Assembly (NCBI GenBank): GCA_963793425.1
Contig: CAWCAG010000005.1
Location: 1,568,001-1,632,000 of the forward strand
Source: an uncultured cyanobacterium
GTDB lineage: Bacteria > Cyanobacteriota > Cyanobacteriia > Cyanobacteriales > CAWCAG01
Reading direction: 5' to 3'
Length of the DNA: 64,000 nucleotides
Shown here: one piece after another, positions 45,340 through 55,735 of the stretch
Position numbering within the stretch: position 1 is the first letter of the stretch
Layout: each line of letters begins with the position of its first letter
Translations under genes and position numbers: made by a program
Notes under the pieces: model-generated
The model's input: only the letters and a program-made list of their open reading frames with translations
What the model was told of the DNA's origin: nothing
Databases searched by the model: none

Positions 45340-46251
45340 ATGTTTTCTATCTACATTTTGACCCACAATGAAGAGCTAGATATTGCTGCTTGTATTGAAT
45401 CAGCACTTTTATCAGACGATGTAATTGTGGTCGATTCCTATAGCAGCGATCGCACCTTGGATATTGCCAGCAGTTATCCAGTACGAGTGTTTCAACGCTT
45501 CTTCGATTCCCACGGCAAGCAGCGTAGTTGGATGTTAAACCATATTCCCACTAAATATGAATGGGCTTACATCCTAGAAGCTGATGAACGTATGACTCCG
45601 GAGTTATTTCAAGAGTGCTTAAGCGCAATCAAAAACCCAGACCGCATAGGTTATTATGTAGCAGAACGGGTTATCTTCATGAACCATTGGATACGCAACA
45701 GTACCCAGTATCCCCGCTACCAGCTACGTTTGTTGCAAAAAGGGAAAGTTTGGTTTGAAGATTATGGTCATGCAGAAAGGGAAGTTTGCCAAGGTGCTAC
45801 AGGCTTTTTAAAAGAGAATTATCCCCACTATACCTGTAGCAAAGGCTTTAGCCGTTGGTTAGATAAACACAACCGCTATTCTACTGATGAAGCTAAGGAA
45901 ACCCTTAATCAACTTCGCTACGGTAAAGTTAACTGGCAAGAATTATTCTTTGGGAATACGGAAGTAAAAAGAAGGCGGGCTTTAAAAAATCTTTCTTTAC
46001 GCTTACCCCTTCGCCCTCTCATTCGTTTCTTTTATATGTACTTCGTTTTGGGGGGTTGCTGGGATGGTAAAGCCGGTTTTACTTGGTGTATTTTACAAAC
46101 CTTTTATGAATCTTTAATCTTGCTTAAAGTTTGGGAATTACAAAGGCAAGAAGCAAGCCAAGCTCACCTTTTTGACCAAGAAGTTACTGTTGAAGAAGAG
46201 AAAATGTCTAAAGGTTATACTATGCCTTTGGCTGATTACGAATCTGTGTAG
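45340..46251 (+). CDS. GT2 glycosyltransferase (beta-1,4-glucosyltransferase-like)
   Basis: ILTHNEE, VVDSYSSDRT, LEADER, KHNRYS. Confidence 0.9.
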   Translation: MFSIYILTHNEELDIAACIESALLSDDVIVVDSYSSDRTLDIASSYPVRVFQRFFDSHGKQRSWMLNHIPTKYEWAYILEADERMTPELFQECLSAIKNPDRIGYYVAERVIFMNHWIRNSTQYPRYQLRLLQKGKVWFEDYGHAEREVCQGATGFLKENYPHYTCSKGFSRWLDKHNRYSTDEAKETLNQLRYGKVNWQELFFGNTEVKRRRALKNLSLRLPLRPLIRFFYMYFVLGGCWDGKAGFTWCILQTFYESLILLKVWELQRQEASQAHLFDQEVTVEEEKMSKGYTMPLADYESV

Positions 46252-46712
46252 TTGCTCTGAGAAAGATTAAAAATATCTGGGAAAACGGTTCGTCAAGGCA
46301 CACCTTTTCCACCATGCAAAGAATATCATCTCAAGGGAGCAAAAAGCAAGGGTGGCTTATTCATAAACAAAGCTTTTCTTTCTTCTAGCAAATCTTTTAA
46401 TCATTTAAACTCAAGCAACTTTTCTGAGCTTTTGTGAAGTGATGTTAAGGATGGTTTGACAACGTGTTTTCAAGGCTTTGCTTTTGTAGTAGGATTAAAG
46501 AGAAATTTTAAAAAATGATATGATTGCTTTTTCTGTGTAAATAAAAATCAAAATTCAACAAAACCACAGCATAATCAGGTTTTGCCTGAAGTTGAACCTT
46601 TTCAACAAAGCGATCCCACAAAACTACAATCGAGTTACAAAAACTTATTTTTTCTGCCGCCTTGACTGGCTATTGACAAAATAAACATTTAATGAACAAT
46701 GATAAATGATAA

Positions 46713-47069
46713 ATGAAAAAAGCTTGGCGTTGTGTAGAAAATTGTGGGGCTTGCTGTTATCTTAACCCTCAAGAAAGACCTGATTTAGAAGATTACTTAT
46801 CCTCAGAAGAACTACAACTATACTTAAGTATGGTGGGAGAAAGAGGCTGGTGTATTAACTTCGATCACAGCACAAAGAAATGTCAAATTTATGAGCAACG
46901 CCCTCGTTTCTGCCGTGTCCAGCCAGAGAACTTTCAGCAAATGTTCGGTATTGAGTTAAATGAGTTTAACGAATTCGCCATCGACTGCTGCCATGAGCAT
47001 ATAGAAGATATTTATGGTGAGGATAGTGAAGAGATGCTTCGCTTTGATACTAATCTATCTAGGGGATGA
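46713..47069 (+). CDS. YkgJ family cysteine-cluster protein
   Basis: CVENCGACC, WCINFD, CQIYEQRPRFCR. Confidence 0.9.
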   Translation: MKKAWRCVENCGACCYLNPQERPDLEDYLSSEELQLYLSMVGERGWCINFDHSTKKCQIYEQRPRFCRVQPENFQQMFGIELNEFNEFAIDCCHEHIEDIYGEDSEEMLRFDTNLSRG

Positions 47070-47088
47070 CTGATTAAAATATCGAACT

Positions 47089-47382
47089 TTATTCTGCTTC
47101 TTCTACTAAAAGTGCATCCGCCTCTTGTTGAGAAAGACTTAACCGAGTAGTACCAACCTTAATCTCAATAGGAGCATCGGGACAACCAAGGTGAAGTAGG
47201 GTTAATTCTGTATTAGGAGTTAAACCAATAGAAGTCAGTTTCCCTTGATAACCTCCGTAGGCTTTGTCATAACCAACTATCGTAACCACAGAACCTATTT
47301 CCATATCTCGGAGGTGTGTTGATATTTGTTCCATAATCAACTTTCGGGATATTAAAGGGGTTTTCACTGCCATCATCTGCAA
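47089..47382 (-). CDS. feoA: FeoA family protein
   Basis: LRDMEIG, KLTSIGLTPNT, PIEIKV, LSLSQQEAD. Confidence 0.8.
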   Translation of the reverse strand: MQMMAVKTPLISRKLIMEQISTHLRDMEIGSVVTIVGYDKAYGGYQGKLTSIGLTPNTELTLLHLGCPDAPIEIKVGTTRLSLSQQEADALLVEEAE

Positions 47383-47444
47383 AACTCAATTAAGAATATT
47401 TAGCAATAAGCTTCTTGTTAGTGTAAGCCATATTGCTGCTTTTG

Positions 47445-47461
47445 TTGAATATTATTATCAA
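47445..47461 (-). promoter_or_regulatory. Candidate Fur box upstream of feoA
   Basis: Minus strand TTGATAATAATATTCAA; core differs from the 7-1-7 consensus TGATAATnATTATCA at 2 positions. Confidence 0.55.
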
Positions 47462-47491
47462 TAATTTTTCAAACAAAATCCTTGATTTGTG

Positions 47492-47520
47492 TAGGAATCC
47501 CCTTTAAAAGGGGGTTCCTA
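47492..47520 (-). terminator. Hairpin after thrS
   Basis: TAGGAA(T/C)CCCCTTT / AAAGGGGGTTCCTA immediately after the stop. Confidence 0.7.
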
Positions 47521-47525
47521 GAAAG

Positions 47526-49376
47526 TTAGATTTGCTCCTTTTTTGTGATCGCCTCTACCATACGTTCTTGTAACTCTTCTAAAGTCAAAGAGCCAATATC
47601 TCCAGCTTGTCTGGTACGGATGCTGAGGTTGTTATTTTCCACCTCGCGATCGCCCACTACCGCAACCAGGGGAACTTTTTCTAATTCACCATTACGAATC
47701 TGTTTACCTAAACGTTCTCCACTAGAATCTATTTCAACCCGATAGCCAGCTTCAGCTAATTTCGCGGCAACAGATTTAGCATAATCTCTGTGTAAATCGC
47801 TTACAGGTAACAAACGCAACTGAACTGGAGCTAACCATAAAGGAAAATCTCCAGTATAGTTTTCAATCAAAATACCGAAAAAGCGTTCTAAAGAACCAAA
47901 AATAGCCCGGTGGATCATAATTGGTTGCTTCCGTGTACCATCAGCAGCCACATATTCCATTTGAAAGCGTTCTGGCAAAGTAAAGTCTACTTGAATGGTG
48001 GAACATTGCCACATCCTACCAATAGCATCTTCTATTTTGATATCAATTTTTGGTCCATAAAATGCCCCGCCGCCTTCATCAATCAAATATTCCCAACCTT
48101 TAGTATTGAGGGCATCTTTTAAAGCAGCAGTAGCAAGATCCCAAACTTCATCCTCACCCACATATTTCTCCGGGCGGGTAGAAAGGTTAACTTCGTACTT
48201 ATCAAAGCCAAAATCAGAAAGAATCTTCTCCGTTAAATTCAGTACCCCCAGAATTTCTGCGGAAATTTGTTCTGGCAAACAGAATATATGAGCATCATCT
48301 TGAGTAAAGCCCCGCACTCGCATCAAACCATGGAGAGTGCCAGAACGTTCATAACGGTATACAGTACCTAACTCTGCCCAGCGTAGAGGCAATTCCCGAT
48401 AGGAATGTAACTCATTTTTATAGGTAAGGATGTGGAAAGGACAATTCATGGGCTTAATTTGATAAGCCTGTTCTTCAACTTCCATCGAGTCAAACATACT
48501 TTCTCGATAAAAATCTACGTGTCCTGAAGTTTTCCAAAGATTCAAGTTAGCGATATGGGGAGTATAAAGTAATTCATAACCCCCTTGAACATGGGCATTA
48601 CGCCAATAATCTTCTATCAACCGTCGTATGGTTGCACCGCGAGGATGCCAAAAAACTAAACCACCACCAGCATCTTCTTGAATACTAAACAGTTTGAGCT
48701 GTTGCCCTAACTTACGATGATCTCGGCGTAAAGCTTCTTCTTTCTGTTTTAAATATGCCTGTAGCTGTTCAGGAGTTTCCCAAGCTGTACCGTAGATACG
48801 TTGTAATTGCGCCTTTTTCTCATCACCCCGCCAATAGGCCCCAGCTACACTTTCTAAAGCAAAAGCATCAGGATGAACCTCCCCTGTGAAGGTTAAATGA
48901 GGCCCAGCACAGAGATCCCACCAATAACCTTCTGGAGGCAACTTCAGCTTTTTGTAATATTTTTTAGTTTTCTCATCAGCATCAGGATCACCAATGAAAT
49001 AACGAGTGATAATATCCCCTATGGGAATACCTTCAAGAATTTCTTGCTTATAGGGTTCCGCTAACTTATCAATCTCTGCTTTCATCTCTTCGCGACTAAC
49101 TTCTTGCCGAATCACTGGCAAATTCGCTTTAATCAACTTACGCATCCGAGCAGAAATACGCTGCAAATCCTGGGGAGTAAAAGCTTCTTGACGGTCAAAA
49201 TCGTAGTAGAAACCTGTAGCTGTAGTAGGGCCTATAGTAACTTTAGTATCTGGGAAGAGGTTTTGTACAGCCATAGCTAGGACATGAGCGCAGGTGTGAC
49301 GAATGCGTTCAAGTTTTTGAGCATCTGCTATTTGAAGGCTATTCTCTGATTGAGGTTTTGTTAGTTGACTAACCAT
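47526..49376 (-). CDS. thrS: Threonine--tRNA ligase
   Basis: RHTCAH, DLCAGPH, RDHRKLG, KPMNCP, GAFYGPK, IHRA. Confidence 0.99.
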   Translation of the reverse strand: MVSQLTKPQSENSLQIADAQKLERIRHTCAHVLAMAVQNLFPDTKVTIGPTTATGFYYDFDRQEAFTPQDLQRISARMRKLIKANLPVIRQEVSREEMKAEIDKLAEPYKQEILEGIPIGDIITRYFIGDPDADEKTKKYYKKLKLPPEGYWWDLCAGPHLTFTGEVHPDAFALESVAGAYWRGDEKKAQLQRIYGTAWETPEQLQAYLKQKEEALRRDHRKLGQQLKLFSIQEDAGGGLVFWHPRGATIRRLIEDYWRNAHVQGGYELLYTPHIANLNLWKTSGHVDFYRESMFDSMEVEEQAYQIKPMNCPFHILTYKNELHSYRELPLRWAELGTVYRYERSGTLHGLMRVRGFTQDDAHIFCLPEQISAEILGVLNLTEKILSDFGFDKYEVNLSTRPEKYVGEDEVWDLATAALKDALNTKGWEYLIDEGGGAFYGPKIDIKIEDAIGRMWQCSTIQVDFTLPERFQMEYVAADGTRKQPIMIHRAIFGSLERFFGILIENYTGDFPLWLAPVQLRLLPVSDLHRDYAKSVAAKLAEAGYRVEIDSSGERLGKQIRNGELEKVPLVAVVGDREVENNNLSIRTRQAGDIGSLTLEELQERMVEAITKKEQI

Positions 49377-49465
49377 AAATTAGGAGGCTTACTACAGTTA
49401 CTACCCATGATAATTTAATTCTTCACCTCCGACTATTTCTTTCTAAGTAAGACAGATTTAACTAA

Positions 49466-50215
49466 TTAAGGCATCCACTCTAAAACAACACCAACACGAC
49501 TATCTTGTCCTTGAAGAGAATTTTGTCTTTCTATATCTGTAGATAAACGCAGATGAGGACTAACAGCATAACCGACAGAAAGAGTTGTTATGCCTACTTC
49601 TTCACTACTACCCGGAGAGACAAAACTTTGGGTTACGGCGATGTCTGCTGCTCCTGTACGGGATAAACTTAACTGTAATTTAGCTCCTAAATTGACACCA
49701 TCGGTAGCATAATCACCTGTGGTTAGATTACGATAGCCAACTACAGGGGCAACGTTAACATAGTTTCCTAAAGGGAATATGTAGTAATGCAAATCTGCCC
49801 CCCAAGAACTTCTTCCCCCGGCAAAACTACCGTGATAATCAGCGCTTACCGTTAAGCCCGTATCGCCAATAAAAACATCTTCTACTCCAACAATTATGCC
49901 CCCTTCAGAGTTAGTAGAGGGAAACTGAGAGTATCCTAGCCGCAGGCGGGTACGAAAACTAGGATCATGATGAATATCTTCAAGCACATTAGGTACATCT
50001 TCTAACCAACGTTGCAATACGGCGCTGCTTTCAATTACTTCTGGAGGTAAATCGAGGTCTTCTTCTAGGGCAATTTCTTGGGCATTAGCAGGGGAGGTTG
50101 CAGCTAATATAACTAAACTTATGGGAACAAGCAGCCATTTAAGTTGATTTCTTTGCTGAGAGAAGATGGGAATAGTTAACATTGGTTGTTTTACGATTAA
50201 GAAGCGATCGCTCAT
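49466..50215 (-). CDS. Exported, possibly outer-membrane, cyanobacterial protein
   Basis: Signal peptide (PANA/QE), VLQRWL...DPSFRTR, amphipathic beta strands; start moved to ATG 50215 to avoid the gst promoter region. Confidence 0.75.
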   Translation of the reverse strand: MSDRFLIVKQPMLTIPIFSQQRNQLKWLLVPISLVILAATSPANAQEIALEEDLDLPPEVIESSAVLQRWLEDVPNVLEDIHHDPSFRTRLRLGYSQFPSTNSEGGIIVGVEDVFIGDTGLTVSADYHGSFAGGRSSWGADLHYYIFPLGNYVNVAPVVGYRNLTTGDYATDGVNLGAKLQLSLSRTGAADIAVTQSFVSPGSSEEVGITTLSVGYAVSPHLRLSTDIERQNSLQGQDSRVGVVLEWMP

Positions 50216-50340
50216 TGTAACTGGAGTCTTGACTGCACAAAAGACAAAAAGTCTCTTCCTCTTCAGGGATGTTGAGCAACAATGGTGCAAAAGCGTTAAA
50301 TTGACAATGTTAACTTTTACAAACTGTTGGGAGAAATTCA

Positions 50341-51138
50341 ATGCTGGAACTGTACCAATTTGAGATGTCCCAATACTCAGAGAAAGTCAGGCTAATTCTA
50401 GACTATAAAGGACTCGACTACCGAAAAATCGAGGTAGCCCCCGGAGTAGGACAAATAGAACTTTACCAGAAGTCAGGACAGCGACAAGTTCCTGTTTTAA
50501 AAGATGGGGATATTTATGTGGCTGACTCCACAGAAATTGCCCTTTATTTAGACCGCAAATACCCCGATCCTCCCTTACTACCTATTGACCCTAAAGAAAG
50601 AGGACTATGCTTATTAATCGAAGAATGGGCTGATGTCTCCATTGGCGCTAAGGGACGTAAAGCTTTTGTCGGTGCATTAAATAAAAATGCCAATTTCCGG
50701 ACTTCAATCTTACCCAGAGATACCCCCGATTTTCTCAAAACATTGGTAGGATCTTTACCAGGAGAAGTTCTTGATGCTTTAGGCTCTGGAGTGGGTTTTG
50801 GTGGCAGTGCAGTTAAAGATGCTCAAAATGCTTTGAAACAAGATTTAGGCGCTTTGTGTTTGTTACTAGAAAACTCTCCTTATTTAGTCACAGATCGCCC
50901 TACCTTAGCAGATTTTGCTGTAGCGGGATTGAGTATCATCCTTAAGTTCCCGGTCGGAAATTATCTTGATATTCCTAGCGAATTACAAGGAAAAGGCATC
51001 CCTGGATTAGCTGATAATACAATGTACGAACCCTTTTTCACTTGGCGCGATCGCTTGTACTCAGAATATCGCCGCCTGATTATTCCTACGGTAAATACCT
51101 CTGCTGGTTCTGCACCAACTTCTATTGATATTGATTAA
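50341..51138 (+). CDS. Glutathione S-transferase family protein
   Basis: SQYSEKVR, QVPVL, DSTEIA, PTLADFAV. Confidence 0.92.
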   Translation: MLELYQFEMSQYSEKVRLILDYKGLDYRKIEVAPGVGQIELYQKSGQRQVPVLKDGDIYVADSTEIALYLDRKYPDPPLLPIDPKERGLCLLIEEWADVSIGAKGRKAFVGALNKNANFRTSILPRDTPDFLKTLVGSLPGEVLDALGSGVGFGGSAVKDAQNALKQDLGALCLLLENSPYLVTDRPTLADFAVAGLSIILKFPVGNYLDIPSELQGKGIPGLADNTMYEPFFTWRDRLYSEYRRLIIPTVNTSAGSAPTSIDID

Positions 51139-51411
51139 AGCAAGTTAATTTATTTTCAGGAAAAAAGCATTCAGAGATTGATTCCATATCTGGATGTTTT
51201 TTTTGAGCAAAAATAACTCTCAAATTAATTTGTTTGGGTACTTATGAGTAATCGGAAGTAGACAACAATCTAAGAAAGAGTGTTTTGAGTTGTTAACAAA
51301 CTATTTCAACTCAAAAGTGAGTGATATTATTTAAGTATTAATACAAGGTGCATAATTATGGTTTTACTGAAGAATATCCACCTCAACCAAGTTAAGTAAA
51401 GTAAAAATACT

Positions 51412-51539
51412 ATGAGTAAACACCTTCATTCCCTTAAAGTTCTCAGCGTAATAATTCTACTCCTTGGTTAGAATTATTAACCTCCGTCGGCTTAGATGAT
51501 TTTGTTGATCAGCCAATTGTAGAAATTGAGTTGGATTGA
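51412..51539 (+). pseudogene. DUF928-like gene remnant (signal peptide plus last 24 codons)
   Basis: MSKHLHSLKVLSVIILLLG joined out of frame to WLELLTSVGLDDFVDQPIVEIELD*, resembling the recalled DUF928 C-terminus; sits upstream of a CHASE2 gene as DUF928 genes often do. Confidence 0.6.
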
Positions 51540-53709
51540 ACAATCCGGAATTAAGAGCATTGAGTTGAGTGAGTTAGGAACCTATGACCAATATATGCGA
51601 TCTCGTCCTCAATTACCGAAGGATGAGCGCATTGTTATTGTCGGTATTGATGAGGCAGATTTACAAGAAATCGGTCAAGGAATTATTGCTGATGAGGTTT
51701 ATGCCCGACTCCTCAAAAAAATTAAAGACCAGAAACCAAGGGCGATTGGCTTAGATATTTATCGTGATTTACCTGTACCTCCAGGTGAAGAGGACTTAGT
51801 TAAAGTATTTGAGTCTACAGATAATTTAGTCGGTATTGAAAAAGTTATTGGTGACAACAAAAGAGAAAGGGTTGCACCACCCCCAGTTTTAGCTAAAAAG
51901 GGTCAGGTGGGAGCAAATAATGTGGTTACTAATGCAGGGCAAACCGTAAGAAGAGGTTTGTTGTCTTTGCACCGAGAGAATGGAGAGGTTGTTTTTGGTT
52001 TTGCTTTCTATCTAGCTTTACTTTATTTAGATGCTGAAGGTATTAGTCCAGAGAATTTGGCTAAAAGCGGAGATATTTGGCGACTTGGAGATTCGGTTTT
52101 TTCTCCTTTGGAAAGCTACGACGGTGGTTATGTAAATACTGATGCTGGAGGCTATCAAATTTTACTTAACTATCGGGGGGCAAAAAACAAGTTCTCTACC
52201 TATTCTTTAACGGAAGTTCTTAATGATCAAGTACCAAAAAATTGGGGACGAGATCGCATTGTGATGATTGGTGCGGTAGGTGAAAGTTTTAATGATAACT
52301 TCTTTACTCCCTTTTCAGGAGGACTATTTACTAGTCCTGAACCAATGCCAGGAGTAGAAATACACGCCCCACTTACTAGTCAAATTCTTAGCGCAGCTTT
52401 AAATAATCGTCCTTTAATTAGTACTTGGTCTGAACCTTTAGAGTTATTATGGATTTTGTTTTGGTCTGGAGTTGGTAGCGTTACTTTTTGGCAAGGACGT
52501 TATACAATTCAGCGTAAATATTTCTTGTTTTTGAAAGTTGTCGGAGTTATTATTGCTGTAATTGTGTTAGTAGGTAGCACTTATTTAGCCTTTCTTAATA
52601 GTTGGTGGTTGCCAGTTGTACCACCTTTATTAGCCTTAGTTGGTTCTGGTGTCACTATTACTGCTTATGTATCTCAAAATGCAGGTAAACTTCGCAAAAC
52701 ATTTGGACGCTATCTCACAGACGAAGTGGTAGCTAATTTATTAGAAAACCCTCAAGGTTTAGAGTTAGGAGGAAAGCGACAAAAGATAACGATATTAACC
52801 TCAGATTTACGAGGTTTTACAGCACTTTCTGAACGTCTTTCTCCTAAAGAAGTTGTCAAAATTCTCAACATTTACCTCGAAGAAATGTTGACAGAAATAG
52901 CCAATTATCGGGGGACTGTGGATAAATTTATGGGGGATGGCATACTAGTACTTTTTGGTGTTCCCACCCTCAGAGAAGACGATGCCCAAAGGGCCATTGC
53001 TTGTGGAATCGCTATGCAATTAGCGATGGCTAAAGTAAATAGCAAAATGAAGCAAATAGCTGGTCCTATTTTGGAAATGGGCATTGGCATCAATACAGGA
53101 GAGTGTGTAGCAGGAAATATTGGTTCAGAAAAGCATACTGAATATACAGTTATTGGCAACCAAGTAAATCTTACCTTTCGTATTGAAACCTATACTACAG
53201 GAAGCCAAATTCTTATTTCTGAATCTACCTTAGAAGAAGCTGGAGTAACTTCTGTAAAAATTAGTGGAGAAAAATGGGTACAATCTAAAGGTGTAAAAAA
53301 ACCTATTACTGTTTATGAAGTAGGAGGAATAGAAGGAAAATACAACCTATTTCTTAATAAAGAAGAAGAGTTATTTGTTCCTATTCCGGTGGAAATTCCT
53401 TTACTTTATCAAGTGGTTTCTGGTAAACAGCTTAATGAGGAAATTTTAAAAGGCAGTTTAGTGAGGATTTCTGCTAAGGGGGCAGAGATTCGCGCTGAAA
53501 AAGGAGCAATAAATTCTGTTCCTGAATCTTTGAGTAATATTAAACTGAATTTATTAAAAAAAGGCGACCATGCAGAAATCAGCGAAGATATTTATGCCAA
53601 AGTATTGGAAGAAAGCACCTCAGAAAGAACTTTTTGCATTAAGTTCACAGCCATGCCTCCTGCGGTATCAGAAAGATTAGATGCTCTTTACAAGTTTCTT
53701 ACTAGTTAA
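51526..53709 (+). CDS. CHASE2-domain class III adenylate/guanylate cyclase; N-terminal TM apparently missing
   Basis: CHASE2 (IGLDIYRDLPV, GVEIHA), 3 TMs, SDLRGFT, DKFMGDG, GIGINTG, GNQVN, C-terminal PilZ-like domain. Confidence 0.9.
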   Translation: MSWIEQSGIKSIELSELGTYDQYMRSRPQLPKDERIVIVGIDEADLQEIGQGIIADEVYARLLKKIKDQKPRAIGLDIYRDLPVPPGEEDLVKVFESTDNLVGIEKVIGDNKRERVAPPPVLAKKGQVGANNVVTNAGQTVRRGLLSLHRENGEVVFGFAFYLALLYLDAEGISPENLAKSGDIWRLGDSVFSPLESYDGGYVNTDAGGYQILLNYRGAKNKFSTYSLTEVLNDQVPKNWGRDRIVMIGAVGESFNDNFFTPFSGGLFTSPEPMPGVEIHAPLTSQILSAALNNRPLISTWSEPLELLWILFWSGVGSVTFWQGRYTIQRKYFLFLKVVGVIIAVIVLVGSTYLAFLNSWWLPVVPPLLALVGSGVTITAYVSQNAGKLRKTFGRYLTDEVVANLLENPQGLELGGKRQKITILTSDLRGFTALSERLSPKEVVKILNIYLEEMLTEIANYRGTVDKFMGDGILVLFGVPTLREDDAQRAIACGIAMQLAMAKVNSKMKQIAGPILEMGIGINTGECVAGNIGSEKHTEYTVIGNQVNLTFRIETYTTGSQILISESTLEEAGVTSVKISGEKWVQSKGVKKPITVYEVGGIEGKYNLFLNKEEELFVPIPVEIPLLYQVVSGKQLNEEILKGSLVRISAKGAEIRAEKGAINSVPESLSNIKLNLLKKGDHAEISEDIYAKVLEESTSERTFCIKFTAMPPAVSERLDALYKFLTS

Positions 53710-53816
53710 AGAATTAATTATTTCAACAATAGATTAGCTTTTGCCACTAAACAAAAAACTAGTGACCACAAACCTGTATCTGTGGTGATTGATACTAACA
53801 ATTTGCAGTCAACTCC

Positions 53817-54551
53817 TTAAGCTTTGCCTTGTCGCTGTTGTCTCAAAATTGCTCCTAAACCAAAACAACCAAACAACAATAAACCTGCCGCTGCATTAGA
53901 CTCAGGGACTTCTACTCGTCTTTGTTCAAAACGCTGGTCGATGAAGGAAATAAATCCTCTAGAATTACCTTCGGCGATAATATCAATTTGATTCTTAATC
54001 CTAACTTTCTGCAATTCTGAACTAATGCCTTGATCATTAGCTTCTAAGGCAGGATCTTGCAGGTCAGGTATTGCACTTTCTGATGTGGGATTGCTAACAT
54101 TAAGCTTGCCAATAGTGTCACCATTCATGTTCTCAATGGTTTCCGTGACGCTGGTTTGAGCATTTTGTCCGACAAAAGCACCGTTGAAAGCTAATCTCGC
54201 CCCACTAATGACGAAATCGGGGTCTAATACTTCGACATTGTAATCTAAGAGAACTTCTAAGCTGGAGTCGCGCATTGCAGCAAAGCCACTCTGAAAACGC
54301 AATCCAAAAGGATCATCTTCATAAGTTATAACATTAATGCTATCGCAACTGCCTGGTCTAGCCATACCTGAAGCGGAAATTTGGCAAGAGAAATCACTAA
54401 ACTTCTTATCGCCAACAGTAATGCTACCTTCTTCTGTACCGAAGTTAGCTAACAAATCTCCTAAGCTAAAAGTAGCTGAGTGAGCAGGAATGGTTGTTAA
54501 CCCGATTACTGAAGCTGTGGTAAAAGCAATGGTAAATGCGCTTTTTAACAT
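53817..54551 (-). CDS. PEP-CTERM sorted surface protein
   Basis: Signal peptide (PAHS/A), VPES, TM helix, basic tail. Confidence 0.85.
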   Translation of the reverse strand: MLKSAFTIAFTTASVIGLTTIPAHSATFSLGDLLANFGTEEGSITVGDKKFSDFSCQISASGMARPGSCDSINVITYEDDPFGLRFQSGFAAMRDSSLEVLLDYNVEVLDPDFVISGARLAFNGAFVGQNAQTSVTETIENMNGDTIGKLNVSNPTSESAIPDLQDPALEANDQGISSELQKVRIKNQIDIIAEGNSRGFISFIDQRFEQRRVEVPESNAAAGLLLFGCFGLGAILRQQRQGKA

Positions 54552-54629
54552 TATTGGTTAGTCCTTTCCTTAAGTCGTTCTTGTTACTGGAGTTTTTGAG
54601 TTGAAGCCTAATGATTAACTATGAAGCCA

Positions 54630-55391
54630 TTAGGGTTTATTTTGTTGCCGTTGCTTGCGCCAAAAAGAAGCTGTACCGACTAAACCTAAAGCAATTAATC
54701 CTGAAACTGTACCAGGTTCAGGAACTACTTCTTCGTCGTAGGTTTGAGTAATCATGCTGATTGAAGCCGTACCATCAAAAGCAGTGAGGAAAATATCTTT
54801 ACTTACTTCTGCTCTCTTGACTGGTCTGAGAAAATCAAAGTCTCCTTGCAAATCTGGTTCAAAATCCGGGTCGCTAAGGTCTGTTAGTTCATCGGAATTT
54901 GAGACGCTAAATTGCGCCACAATCTCGTCATCACTATCTGGATCACTAATCGTTTCTACGACAGCAGCTAAACCGTCTCCAGTGAAGCCCCCATCAAAAG
55001 CGATTCCAATGCTATCAATCATGCCGTTAGGATCGAGGGATTCGACGGTATAACCAAGTAGTACATCAATAAAAGCATTTTGTCCTGCAAAGAAATCTGC
55101 TTGGAATTTGATGCCTTCACCTAAAGTAATAACTTCTATGTCATCACAACTTTCAGGAGATGTCTCATCTCCAGCAAAAACAATATCACAGAAGAAGCCA
55201 CTAAATTCATGACCTGCGGCTGTTAAGGTTCCATTGCTATCGATCAGACTTTGTAAACTAACAGCCCCAACTGGTGCTGCTAACATCGCTGTTGTGGTAA
55301 CTGCTGTACCAAATATGGTTAATGCACTCTGACGAAACACCAAATTTTTCCCCTTTAAATCCATACTTGTAGATTTTGACCTGTTTACCAA
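54630..55391 (-). CDS. PEP-CTERM sorted surface protein, paralog of the neighbour
   Basis: Signal peptide, VPEPGT, TM helix, WRKQR tail; likely start at ATG 55364. Confidence 0.9.
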   Translation of the reverse strand: MVNRSKSTSMDLKGKNLVFRQSALTIFGTAVTTTAMLAAPVGAVSLQSLIDSNGTLTAAGHEFSGFFCDIVFAGDETSPESCDDIEVITLGEGIKFQADFFAGQNAFIDVLLGYTVESLDPNGMIDSIGIAFDGGFTGDGLAAVVETISDPDSDDEIVAQFSVSNSDELTDLSDPDFEPDLQGDFDFLRPVKRAEVSKDIFLTAFDGTASISMITQTYDEEVVPEPGTVSGLIALGLVGTASFWRKQRQQNKP

Positions 55392-55735
55392 AACAATTGG
55401 TTTAACAAATGCCTCAATATTCAGGTAACCAATGAGCCTTTTTTTATACTCTCTTTAAAGATATCTAATTTATCAAGGTCTGAATTATTCTTTGTCGAAT
55501 CTTTATTAAAAATCAGGGATAATCTTAACCTCATTACGTGTAAACCCGTAACATACAATAGCAGTCGAAAGGTTTTTACGTATTTACCTCTCTTTCTTAA
55601 GGAGTAAAGGAAATATCCTAGACCAGCAAAGAAACTCTAACCAGTAATTAAAGTTCATACCTTTTATAGGGTGAGAAGCCAGTCTTTAAGGGAATTAAAA
55701 TAGAAATATTCCTACGAATTTGACAGTGATTCCCC

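Noticed and set aside
46252..46712. AT-rich 460-nt gap as a CRISPR leader, MITE or sRNA
   Set aside because: No repeats, terminal inverted repeats or convincing structure found by eye
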